A stretch of 64,000 nucleotides of DNA, taken from IMG/VR virus record IMGVR_UViG_3300048839_000196, positions 1 to 64,000 of that record, one strand, 5' to 3'. The position numbers were made by a program, and so were the translations under genes. The notes beneath the pieces were generated by a model that saw only the letters and a list, made by a program, of their open reading frames with translations, was not told the origin of the DNA and made no database searches. Origin of the DNA: a virus. Of this stretch, positions 9,490-21,000 are shown in pieces; within the stretch, counting starts at the first letter, position 1; every line of letters begins with the position of its first letter.

Positions 9490-10967
9490 AGAAAATTATC
9501 ATACTGCTATTGCAGTTCTTATGTATTGGGATGCACGCACAGGATGTTGTGCTTCCACCCGAAGAGATCACGCCGGTATATGAGCGTAGCATCTTCTCTA
9601 CCGGCAATTGGGGCAGCGTCTTCTTAGGCGCCCCAAAGAATTATCAGCGCATTCAGTCCATGGCCAAGCGATCTGTGCATATCATTATTGGTGACACCGG
9701 ATCTGGATATGCGCACGATGCACTAAAGAAGGTGACCAGAACTGGAAAGTCTTTTGTTGGCGAACCGGTTGGCCCAGATAAGCAAGGGCACTCCACTCAT
9801 GTAGCTGGTATTGTCGCCGCAAGAAATGGCGTAGATCACCTTGGTATCGCGGAGGCTTTGGTTGATATTGGGATGATCCACATATATCCTTATCAGTATT
9901 TATCATCTCAGGGTTTCGGGAGCTATGCTCAAATTGCAGCAGGTCTAAATCAAGCAGCTATTGACTTTGCGCCAATGGTTCAACGCGGAGATTTTGTTAT
10001 GATAAACCTAAGCCTCGGTGGGGCTGGCACAGATGCCGCTGTTGAAGCTGCGCTTAAGCGCTGTAAGGATGCAGGCATCTTAATCTTCGTCGCAGCTGGA
10101 AATACAGGGCAAGTAGGTGTTCAGTTCCCGGGCAAAAGTATTAGCGTGAAAGCTATTGCCGCGCTAGAGCAAACGGCTGATTATGTTCGACGGGCCGGGT
10201 ACTCCACAATGGGCCCAGAGGTATGGATGAGCGCGCCCGGATCAAATGTCTGGTCAACCTATGTTCCGGGCAATACTTACGCATCGCTATCTGGCACAAG
10301 TATGGCTACTCCGACTATGACTGGACTTGCTGCTATCCTAGCCTCCACTAAAAATAAGTACAACCCAGATCAAGTAGTAGCGGCTCTTGAGCGAATAGCT
10401 ACTGATTTACCTCCTGTCGGCAGGGACCAAGAGACAGGCCACGGCATAACCTTCATCGACAAAATCCTATCACTTCCAGACGACCCGGGCAGCGCTCCTA
10501 AGCCTGATCCTAAGCCAGACCCACAACCAGAGCCAAAGCCTGAGCCTGTATATCCGAAGCAGACGAACTACATAGATATCGGCGCCACTCTATCGGCGCG
10601 CTGGGCTAGCAACGGAAAGAACAACTGGCAGGACACGAAGTTCGAGATGGAGATTGAATACACGCACGGGAAAGAGATCAATTCCGCTATTGCAGAGATC
10701 TCAAAGGTAACGCAGGCGCACTTTACAAACAGAGGGTATTTGCTTCTTGGAGATGACGACCTAGAGGATGCGTTGAAATGGTTCGCCTACTTCTACGAAA
10801 TGATCCTGAAGATGGAGGGCCACGAAGTAAGAGTTGCGAAGATACATACAGCTAGTGCAGACAGGCTTGTAGTCACAAACCCTGTAAGATCAAAGATTTC
10901 CGTGAAGAGCGCAAGGCAAGCAAAGCCCGTGCGACTAGGAGTCACTTCATTTAATTTAATTCGATAA
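9486..10967 (+). CDS. Exported subtilisin-like (S8) serine peptidase
   Basis: Catalytic motifs IGDTG (Asp), HSTHVAGIV (His), AAGN (oxyanion Asn) and SGTSMATP (Ser). Signal peptide MKKIIILLLQFLCIGMHA|Q. PKPDP linker followed by a C-terminal domain. Confidence 0.9.
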   Translation: MKKIIILLLQFLCIGMHAQDVVLPPEEITPVYERSIFSTGNWGSVFLGAPKNYQRIQSMAKRSVHIIIGDTGSGYAHDALKKVTRTGKSFVGEPVGPDKQGHSTHVAGIVAARNGVDHLGIAEALVDIGMIHIYPYQYLSSQGFGSYAQIAAGLNQAAIDFAPMVQRGDFVMINLSLGGAGTDAAVEAALKRCKDAGILIFVAAGNTGQVGVQFPGKSISVKAIAALEQTADYVRRAGYSTMGPEVWMSAPGSNVWSTYVPGNTYASLSGTSMATPTMTGLAAILASTKNKYNPDQVVAALERIATDLPPVGRDQETGHGITFIDKILSLPDDPGSAPKPDPKPDPQPEPKPEPVYPKQTNYIDIGATLSARWASNGKNNWQDTKFEMEIEYTHGKEINSAIAEISKVTQAHFTNRGYLLLGDDDLEDALKWFAYFYEMILKMEGHEVRVAKIHTASADRLVVTNPVRSKISVKSARQAKPVRLGVTSFNLIR

Positions 10968-10977
10968 AACATTAATC

Positions 10978-11574
10978 ATGGCTAAAGAGAGAGAACCAAA
11001 ATTGAAGCCGATTGGCGACATCAGTGCAACAATCATGCGGCTTTTCTTGAACTTCACTGGAGCACAGCTTGAGAAGAAGATCGGGAACGAAGACGTAAAG
11101 GACGGAGTCATGCTGGCATTCCCGCTAGCAAAGACTATCATCGAGGTGCTTAATGATGAAATCCCAGAGAACGACAAGCAGGTGCGCGAGGCACTGCTCG
11201 ATCACATTAATGGCCCGGTAGCTGACTTCTTGGACCGTATTCTCGGGCAAAAGATCGAGCCGATCGAGAATGAAGACGTTGAGGCTCTGCTGGTATTTAT
11301 TAAGGACAAGGCTATTAGCGCTCTGCGCCTGATCACGGATGATGACGCACAGAACAAGGCCCAGCTCGATCTGTTCTTTGACGAACTCATGCGTGACCCA
11401 CAGTTCCATGCACTGGTCATAGACCGCATCTTGATCCCGATTGCCGTAAAGGCTGGCGCCACTGAAGAGTGGGTGGAGTTCCTGCGTGAAGTCATACAGA
11501 CGACGCTTGATGGCCTACTCAAGGTAAAGGCGGCTCAGCTTCGCGCTCAGCTTAAGCAAATTCAGGAGGCATGA
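10978..11574 (+). CDS. Hypothetical helical protein
   Basis: 198-aa ORF in the operon. Confidence 0.65.
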   Translation: MAKEREPKLKPIGDISATIMRLFLNFTGAQLEKKIGNEDVKDGVMLAFPLAKTIIEVLNDEIPENDKQVREALLDHINGPVADFLDRILGQKIEPIENEDVEALLVFIKDKAISALRLITDDDAQNKAQLDLFFDELMRDPQFHALVIDRILIPIAVKAGATEEWVEFLREVIQTTLDGLLKVKAAQLRAQLKQIQEA

Positions 11575-11972
11575 GAACACTGGCCATTATTGCAGTGCTC
11601 ATGATACACGGACTGACGCTGAGCGCACAGACGCTTGACCCATTCTACCGGTATGCAATCAGTGATACTATCACTGACACGGAGTCCGACACCATTACAC
11701 TACCGGCGCTTATGCTTTCGCCATGGTCTTATAACTGGACCATACAGACTACACAACTCTCTGGAACACAGAACGTTGCGTGTGTCTTACAGGAAAGCGC
11801 AAGTGCCACAGGGACAGACTGGATTCAGATTGACTCGAAGACTACGACTGGATCTACTGATTTGGATCGTATGGTTGGCGCCTTAATCTATGGCCAGCGA
11901 CAAAGGGTCATACTCACTGGAACCGGCACACAGAGTACTCGATACACCATCTACTTTGTAGCGAAGAAATAA
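11571..11972 (+). CDS. Small exported beta-sandwich protein (signal peptide)
   Basis: N-terminus MRTLAIIAVLMIHGLTLSA|Q; Thr-rich all-beta pattern. Confidence 0.65.
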   Translation: MRTLAIIAVLMIHGLTLSAQTLDPFYRYAISDTITDTESDTITLPALMLSPWSYNWTIQTTQLSGTQNVACVLQESASATGTDWIQIDSKTTTGSTDLDRMVGALIYGQRQRVILTGTGTQSTRYTIYFVAKK

Positions 11973-11992
11973 ACGCTCCTTAACCGTTATAG

Positions 11993-12030
11993 CAAAAGCC
12001 CCGGTCGGTTTGTCCGATCCGGGGCTTTGT
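11993..12030. terminator. Bidirectional intrinsic terminator
   Basis: AAAAGCCCCGG-TCGG...CCGA-T-CCGGGGCTTTG hairpin between convergent operons. Confidence 0.8.
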
Positions 12031-12032
12031 AT

Positions 12033-15000
12033 TTAATCACCTTTCTCTGCTTCTCGCAACTTCTTACGGAACCCGTCGCGCCCTCCGGATGAAACGATCG
12101 CCATGATCTTCTGGCGGTACGTCTTGCCATCGGAAGCCTTTCGATCAAGCTGACCTGAGCGCTGCATTTCAAGGGCTACGTTTACCATTTGTGAGTTAAT
12201 ATCCTGCTCGCGCAGAAGTTTCTCCCTTCGGATAACCTTAGCTGCTCTTGTCAGGTACTCGATCTCTTGGTCAGTCCAAGTCGGAGGAACAAGCGGAGCC
12301 TTAGCGCCGACGTCTGTCATAGACATAAAGTTATACATATCCTGTCGCTCATTCTGACTCAGGTTGGGCTTGTATGCGATCAGGTTTATTCTGCCCTGAT
12401 CCCACATCCACTCAGTAAAGGTCTTATCCTCTTTGTCTTTGTCGGCGGATTTATTGAAGTCATCCCATGACTTTCCCCATCCGTACGCAAACTTTAGCGG
12501 ATATAGTGTCCTTGTGTACGACTCAATAATATGTTCCATGTGCGTAGGAGATATGCTCAGTCCGGTAGCTGCGTACAACGACGGCGTCAGATCTTTGTAG
12601 AACTGAAGCGTACGCTTGTTTGCCTGTGCGTACATTCGTGTATCTTCTCGGCTAAAGAGAATCTGCCTGCCCATCCAGTCCCGGTTAACAATAACCTCGG
12701 CGAAAGGACGCATCAAGGTAGGCACTGCATTTGTGATCTCACCACTGACAAATCCGATCGGATCGAGCGAAGTGAAGAATGCGCTCTTCACATCACTGGT
12801 CACGCTAAGCAGCGAGCGCTTGCCTAGACTTGCATCTACTACTCCATCAGCCACCAGACCAACAACTCGAAGCGCTCCGTACGGCCTCGGGATTAACACA
12901 GGATCATCCACGTCAAACGGGTTCGGAATAGCTAGGTAAAACTGTCGCATGAATGCAGAGTTCATATAGCGATCGAGCCCGTGTTGCATAGTGATCTCGC
13001 CCTTCTCTTTGGGCTCTTCGTCATCATCTCCAGTGGCATATAGTGCATGAAGCATAACCCTGAAGGCAGTAGATCCCATGCCGTACAAGGCAAGCATCCT
13101 CCGGCCAGCAGGATTGGATAGTTGCTTAACCAGCTTTCGCCCTGACTGAAGACCCGCGTTCAAGAAGAGGTACAAGCCGGAGATAAACCTACCTGCACTA
13201 CCCCTAAAGAACTGCCCTTTCTTCTCGAAGTTCAACGTGATGTTCTTGGCGATAGCTGCTGCGCGAATGGGATCTACGCCAAGATCACGCATAGATGCGT
13301 AGGCGGCAAGGCGGGACACGTTCTCGAACCTAGCTGACAGACCCATCATCATTTCGATCATCGCATTCTTTGAGGTAGCCAGATCTCTTGGAAGCCCAGA
13401 TGCGGCCACCCGCTCTGCGTCACGGATGCGCTCATTTACTTTACCGGCGATATCGGTGAAGATGCCTGAGCTATCAAAGTTCCAGCCCATTGACGCACCT
13501 ATTTGTAGGTACTCTGCGTAGTACCTATCCATATCTGAATGCACGCGCTTGCTTGCTATGAACGGGGTGATCTGCTGAGCAGCAGCTTCTCGCCAGCGCT
13601 TTCTCCAAGCCTTCTTCAGCTTCGTGTTGTTGATCTGCAAGAGATCATTCTCTACGCGGATATTAATCGAGCTTTCTTGTATGTCACGCAGGAAGTTATT
13701 TAGAATAAATGTTGGAGAAAGCGAAGTAATACCGATGCGCATGACTCCAAGTATAGCGGAGTACCACTTCATGAACGTACTCATTTCTCCTTCCACGTCT
13801 GGCGAACGAAGCATCGCCAACATCTGATCGCCCGGGTTGGAGAAGTAGATGTACTTCACCTTACCGCCTTCGTAAAACGGCACAGAGTTCTCAAGGATCT
13901 CTTTTGGTAGCAGGCTTTGCGCGCCAACTATGTTGCCATACTTATCCATCTTGGGTACGTTCCTAGCAGAGAATACCCGAATGCGATCAGTTGCCCCGTG
14001 TTGACGTGCAAGCTCAGCGAACCTACGCAGTGCATCCTGCCGGTGCTTCTGCCGGGTGGCTGAGGCGAGTCTTGCGAACGCCAGCTCTAGTGGTCGCACT
14101 ACATCCTCGGCCTGCATATTCAGCAACTTGTGCCTAGTCTTTTGATCATACGGCTTTGACAAGCCTTCAATGCCATTCAGGTTTACAATGCGCTCGCCAT
14201 TTGTGATCCCAAGTTCGTGATTCACAGCATCCTCCGAGTACATCATTGGCACATAGTACTTCCACTGTATAGTGGATTCATCACTGGTGCCCTTGACTAA
14301 GTGATCATAGCGCTTTTGATCTATGCGACCGGCGGCCATGAGTGCGTCAAGGTATGGCGTCAGCATCTTGTCGCGGAACTCCTCATAGAATTGCATATAC
14401 TTATTGAGTTCCGGGTTCGTGGGTAGTGGCTGACCGGGTTGAATAACTGGGAATGATTGCCCAGATATCCTACTCAAGAACTCAGCCTGTCGGTCAAGTG
14501 CCTTTATGTACGCATCGTTCATTTCAGCTATACGCTGTTGAAGATCATTAAACTTGGCGATAAGCCTAGCTAGGTTTGGATCGACTGAAGCCTGCTGATT
14601 GGCCACCTGCCAGAACTGAGCAGTACCTATTCCGGTAGTTTGTAATGAACTTATACCTTGCTGTGCCGATGCCATTAAGCGCTCTATGTCTGAGAATATA
14701 TCCTTCTGATATTTCTCAAGTAGATCTAGCTTCCTAAGCAACCTCTCTGGCAGGTGTAGCGCCAGAAGAAACTCATTGAATTTATTCACACCGCCAAGTT
14801 GCTTTGTGACGCGTCCAACGAATGACTTATCCTTGGATGACTTACTACCGTTGTCACCCCAGAACCAGAGCGTGTGCGCCTGAAGTTCGTAGATAGATGC
14901 AGAGCTGTAAAGCTGCATAGCATCGTATGCATTGAGCGTCCCGGGTAGAAGTACCCCGATCTGCTTTTCTATATCCCGCTGAAACTTTCTTAATGGCGCT

Positions 15001-18000
15001 AAGAAGTTTCCAAAGCGGAAGTCAAATGAGTAGGCGAAGTCTCGCTTGTTCTTGACTTGACTATCGCCAAGTAACTTGCCCATGCGGCGCCAGAAGCGAT
15101 TAGCTTCTTCCACTGCCCCGGCCATAGGCGACCCCGGTGCCCGGTAGCCTCGGCCAGAAACAACCTCGAATAATTCTTTGGCATCGCTCTCAAACATTCC
15201 GAAGTTCCTCGCCGTATTGCGAACGATCTCTAGGTCAGGTATGCGGTCGTAGTTGTCATTAACGTATTTGCGAGCAGCTTTGTACTCCGGGTATGCGCGA
15301 AGAGCTGGGCTGGCTTTTTGCTGGCGGATATCTATACCACTATCGCCATCCTTTATCGCCATGGCCTGCAACTCAAATCCAAATTCATTCTGTGCCAGCT
15401 CAAAGAAAGCATCATCCCTACTCTGTGCCGGGATCTCATTCCAGATGGCGTTAAAGATCGACTCGACGACTGGTGTCTTCTGCCCGGTGGCCTGAGCAAT
15501 GATGGATGCCCGGCTAGACATAGGTGTGACCTTGTAGTCAACACCCGGCTTTGGAGTGTAGCCCGTGGCGACTTTGTGCAACAGACTGTCTTTTGCTACA
15601 CGACCAAGCCCGACCACGGCAGCAGGTATAGACCTACCTTTCGTGTCGATTTTTGGCGAAATTTTCGACACGTTATACCCTTGTGTAGATTCCGCGTACG
15701 CATCTAATGTCGAATTAATTTTTTCTACGCGATTCTCAGCGGCATTGTCGTAAAGAGAAAGGAGCTGTTTCGCCTCAGCGCTATCCAAACCTCCGGGCGT
15801 GTTAGCAAGAAGAGATACTGCATCTTCAACTCGCACCATTTGCTGACCATCCACGGTCGAAACGAACACATCGTCTATGGCGCCAACCACTCCGAGTACA
15901 TCGTACACCGGAACTGCATCTTTATCCAGCGATGCGACAAGCGCTCCGCGCATCACATCCTCCCGGCTCACCTTTCCATCTTTGACAGTAGAGATTCGCT
16001 CTGTAATCCGGGACACCATTTCATAAAGTGGCCGGGCATTGTCAGATAGGGCAGCCTCCACCTTGGCCACATTGCCAACACTCCCGCCTTTCTCAAAAGC
16101 GACGAACGTCTTTCCAACCCTCTCAAGCGAAGATAAATCGTCGGTCTGTACAGATGAAGGGTGCTTGTCAAACATCGCCTCATAGCGCTGCTTTGACTCC
16201 TGATGGTATGTTTCAGCCCTCTTGTTTGACTTTGCGGTAAAGTCAGATAAGTCAAAGACCGGGGGTTCGGAGCGCAGCTTTTCGGTCGTGTCGATCTTTT
16301 TCTGCTGACGGATATCCACTCCTTCTCCAAAGGTCATATTCGATCCGTCAGCAAGTTTGATCTGATTAGCAAACTCGTCGAACACATGGATATGCGCGGT
16401 CATATCCTGCATGTCCATACTTGGGAAACGTACACTAGCATTTATGATGATGCCATCGTGGCCTAAATTTCTGAAAGTCTGGGCGACAATTTGAGAAGAA
16501 ACTAATCTACCTTCTTCGTCCTCCGCGTATGGCAAGTCTCTACGAATAGCTGCTTCAAGCGCGGCGGTAGATATACTATCTTCATATATCCGATCCTCAA
16601 GAATCTGATCTGCCGTGGTAGTTTCTCTAGGCGCCCACTCGTCAATCGCATCTTGCAGCGCTTGAACTACGGTTAGTTCTTCGCCGGAAAGATCGAGTGC
16701 CCTTTGACGAACATCGAACTCATAATCTTCTAGCGCCTCCTCCGGAGTGATGTCATTCTCGTCAGCCATCTCTTGAGCCGCGTCTTCCATATAGGCAGAC
16801 ACGTCCGGCATCATGTCGATGTATTGATCATCGGCGATGCGCACCGGATTATTCAGCTTGACAAAAAGATCGAGAACTTTGTCCTCTCCTCCGTTGTGAC
16901 GATTGTACGAAATAGCAAGCGCTAAAGACTCAAGGTCATTGCGATCAAATGTTTCGAGCTGAGCGTCCGTCAGGTTGAACATATCAATCACCTCTTCTGG
17001 TGATAGCCCGTCCATATCAAAAGACTGCGACAGGTCATCCGCATCGCGCCTGATCTTATACTCAAGGTCTGGGCCGCCCGTGGTGTAGTTGGCCTGCGCG
17101 TCATACTGATCGGATGTGAAATAATTCACCTTTCCAAACTGGCCACCTATCTCACCTTTCTCATTCGCCTTATCAAAAGAGTAGAAGGAGTTTGTCGTTC
17201 CATGGAAGGCTTGGATAACTACCGGCTGCCCGGTCTGAATTTCTAGGACATCCTCGCCATCGACAATAGGTGCATCGCCCACCCATTTTCTGAAGTTCTC
17301 CTGCCCTTCAGGGCCGAGCCATTCAAAGTCTTCGACGGATAGTTTTTGCTGGCGGATTTCTGGTTGCTGATTAACGGCGCTCTGGACTTCGCTCAAAAAA
17401 ATAATTGACTCTGTAGCAATATCGTAAAACTCAGATATTGGCATGACTTTCCGCTCTACATCTGTCAACTTTCTTCTTTGCTGAGCAGCCCTAGATTCAA
17501 CTTCGCCAGCGGTTGCACGGTAAGCTGCGAAAGAATCCAAAATGCCTTTTAGTGGCCCTGTCAATTTCGACTTCTCACCATCTAGCTTAGCTTGCTCTTC
17601 CCTTCCTTTTCGGTAGTAATCATCAGCCATGCCGCTATCCTCCCATCTCTTCCTGAAGCTAGCAAGCATATCAGGGATATAACTATACTCAACAGTGATA
17701 GGAACGAACGTTTCTGAAAATATCCTATACTGCATTATAGTTATCTTTTTATTCGCTAAATCTGGGTCTTGATTCAGCTTGTCTTCAGCAGCCATGAGTT
17801 CTTTCTCGTACTTAATTGCATCAAAAAATGCTCTTAAGTACCTAGACTCTAGGCGCCCAACTCGTTCCAAGATACTTTGGTAGTAGTTTGAATTAGCGCC
17901 AGATTCGAAGCCCTCGATGTATTGTATCGCGTGCTGGACTTCATGCGTAAAAGTTGAGTTTAAGTCATCTATGGACTTGGCTAACTTTTCATCGGACATC

Positions 18001-21000
18001 AATTTATCCCAAGCCTCATCCTTATGTACGAGATAGTAATTCTTGGCCATCGACATCGCATATCCATACACATCTGGATTTATGTTTATGGTGCCAAATC
18101 CAGTCCGGCTCGGAGGCTTTCTAAATGCCCCTCGCCATGAACTATCATCTTCTTCTTGGAAGGTAACTCGGAACCTATCCTCAATAACATTTTCAGAGCG
18201 CACGATTAATTCGTCATTGTATAGGCGCACTATCTCTGAATCCGTACCAAGCGCAGCTCTCAGTCCGATAGAATTACCTCTGTCTAATCCTCGCGCAATC
18301 CTCGGCAGCGATTCCTTGCTTATTAAATCTTGATATGGCACTTCATATCTCCACTTCCCATCAACTCCCTTCTCCCATCCAGTTTGATTCCATATAGCTC
18401 GTCTTGATTTCTCGTACTCATCGCCAGATTTTTCGGCCAACTTCTTGGCGAACTCCAAGTTCTCTAGTATATCCGCCCTTAAGTCGGCGCGTTCGCCAAC
18501 TATTTGCTTATACACCTTAAGCTTATCTTCTTTAGCTGCGTCAATACCTTCTTTCTCGACAGCCCCTACATTGGCCTCCGTACTTGCAAACACCCCTCTC
18601 CTACCTTCAGCCGCCCGCCCAAACATCTGCATGGCCTGCTGCACGGCTTGACGGTCACCATACTGAAGACCTTTCTGCATGGTATTGAAAAGTGCTACCG
18701 CATCTCCAGATGTGGTAAGCCGGATCACCAACTTATTCTCTCCAATGATTGCAGCGATAAAGTCATTGATCGCCTTCTCTATACGGCCAAGCGCGGTCTT
18801 ATCTTTAACCTCGGCTAGTCCTTGAGAAACAACGGCGCCAAGTTCGGCAAGGTATTCTTCGCTCTGTACGTCTTGTCGATCCTTGTATTGAGCAACAAAG
18901 AGATCTAGGTATTCGCCAACAGTTATCGTCCTGCCGTCCTTGAGTTTCACTGGCGTGCGCTGATTGACGTGCGGCTTTATCTTCTGCACAAGCGCATCTA
19001 CCTCTTCTGGGCGCTGCGTGGCTGCGTGTTCTATGATAACGTGGAAGCCTTCATGTAATGCAGAGTCAGATGTTGCAGCGCCCCTATTTAGCATGATGAT
19101 CTTCGACTTCCCTTTGCCGCCACTAGCGTACACAGCCCGGCTTCCGAGTACATTATCGGCACCCTCTTTGCCAAGCGTCTGCTCCAGCTTCGGCCTTGAA
19201 GACTCATCTACCACGAGCACCGGCACGCCAAGTCCTTTAAGCGCATCGGCTACGCGGTATGCAGACGAAAGAACCGGGTCATTGTTTAGCTCGCCCATGT
19301 CCATGGCCTGCACATTCTGTACGGTGCGCCCATCAGTAAGTCCGAAGTCGCCCTTGTCTTTGGCCTGCATCCGGCCTATGAGGTCCGTCTCTGCGTCGCG
19401 GCGCTCCTGCTCAAGCCTAGCCCTTGTTTCTGGCGTGATACCCTGATCAGCCAATACCTCATCCAAGTACTCCACCCGCATCACGCTCTCGCGTATGTCG
19501 TTAGCTGCTGCTTTCTCTTCTGTTAGGAATGCGACAACCTCCTCGCCACGGGTCACAGCTTGACGGTATTCAGGGCTTTCTTGTCCGAATTGCGCCTCTA
19601 CTTTATCAAGGTGTGCATCGTATGCAACCTTCACCCCTTCGGCGTCGTCTGTTTCAGACACCGGGATCTGGGTTGCAATCATCTTCGCTTCGTCGGAGTA
19701 CTGCCTGCCGGTAGGCTGAGCTACCTCCTGCTGCTCTTGAATAGCATCGGCCTGCGCGTTCCTTCCTTGAGTAATACGACCGGCCTCTTCGCGCATGATA
19801 TCTGCCCTAGCTTGATAGTCCTCTTGAGTTGGCGTAGTTCCTGCCATCATCTGGTCTGCGGCAGCACGACCTACTACCGGAGCTGCACCAATCGCTGCGC
19901 CAGTTGAAGTGACACCTCCACCGGCTATACCGCCAATGACCGCTGCATCGAGCACGCCTTCGAATATATTCCTGCCTTTGTCTATCGTAGCCTTGTCCAC
20001 AATATTCTCCGCCAACTGAGCAAGCGCTTCACTGCCAGCTTCTTCAAGCGTGTTCCCTGCAATTCTGCCTAGCGTGTTTACAATGGCAGCCTTTACACCT
20101 TTGACGGCGAAATCCCTGCCGTAGCGGGTGGCCATCTTCAGCGCCTCCTTGCCAATCTTACCACTCACTGCTTCCGTTATCCCCTCGAATGCTCCAGTGA
20201 GCACAGAGTTCAAGGCTTCCTTCGCTCCAATGTCATACCCTTCTTCGACGAGCTGTTCGTACTTCCCCTTACCGGCAGACAGACCAACAGCAGTTGTCCC
20301 AACCCCGGGCACCATGGCCATCATCATATATGGCATAGATCCGATGGCTTCGATACTTGCCTTCCTGAATCCCTCGCTGATCCTACCTTGAGAAACTAGA
20401 CTAGTGAATGTTTCATCTGCGTTCTCTAGCTTCGCACGAACTACTTTCGTGTTTGCGCGCTGACGATCCGCCCACTTATCAAGACCTCCAAATTCATCAG
20501 AGATGTATTCTGCTGCTTTGAGCATAGCGGGGCCGGGTGTCCAGTCCAACCCTCGCTCAACATTCCTTCTAATTGTTTCTTTTTTCTCGTCATGTTGCGC
20601 TTGAGTTATCTCCCCGCGCTTCAACCTCCTGTCTTCTTTCATCATCGCCACATCCGTCATTAAGGCGTAGTACACATCACGGATGTATTCTGGCGCTTCA
20701 AGTGCATTAGCTACTGCTTCTTTCCCAACAGCTCCAATCATTGCTGAGCCTTGCTCTAGCACAGACTTTTCACTCAGCGGCCTAGCTCTTTCCTCCGCTT
20801 TCATTTTTTCCACAACGGGCGACGACTCCTCTACCCGGACGCCCGGATATGGAGACACCTGTCTGCGTGCGTTACGCGCCTGCCTTACCTCTTCGATTGC
20901 CTGATCGGCGCCTTTTATACCGAACTCAGAGAGCGTGGGGTTGCTCTTGACGCCTGCTGACGGGGTGGAGGGTGTGCCCGGTAGCCCAGCTATGTTTGTG

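Noticed and set aside
10490-10560. Tandem DNA repeat
   Set aside because: Explained by the Pro-rich PKPDP/PEP protein linker; the Gly/Thr linker at about 1850-1940 is similar.
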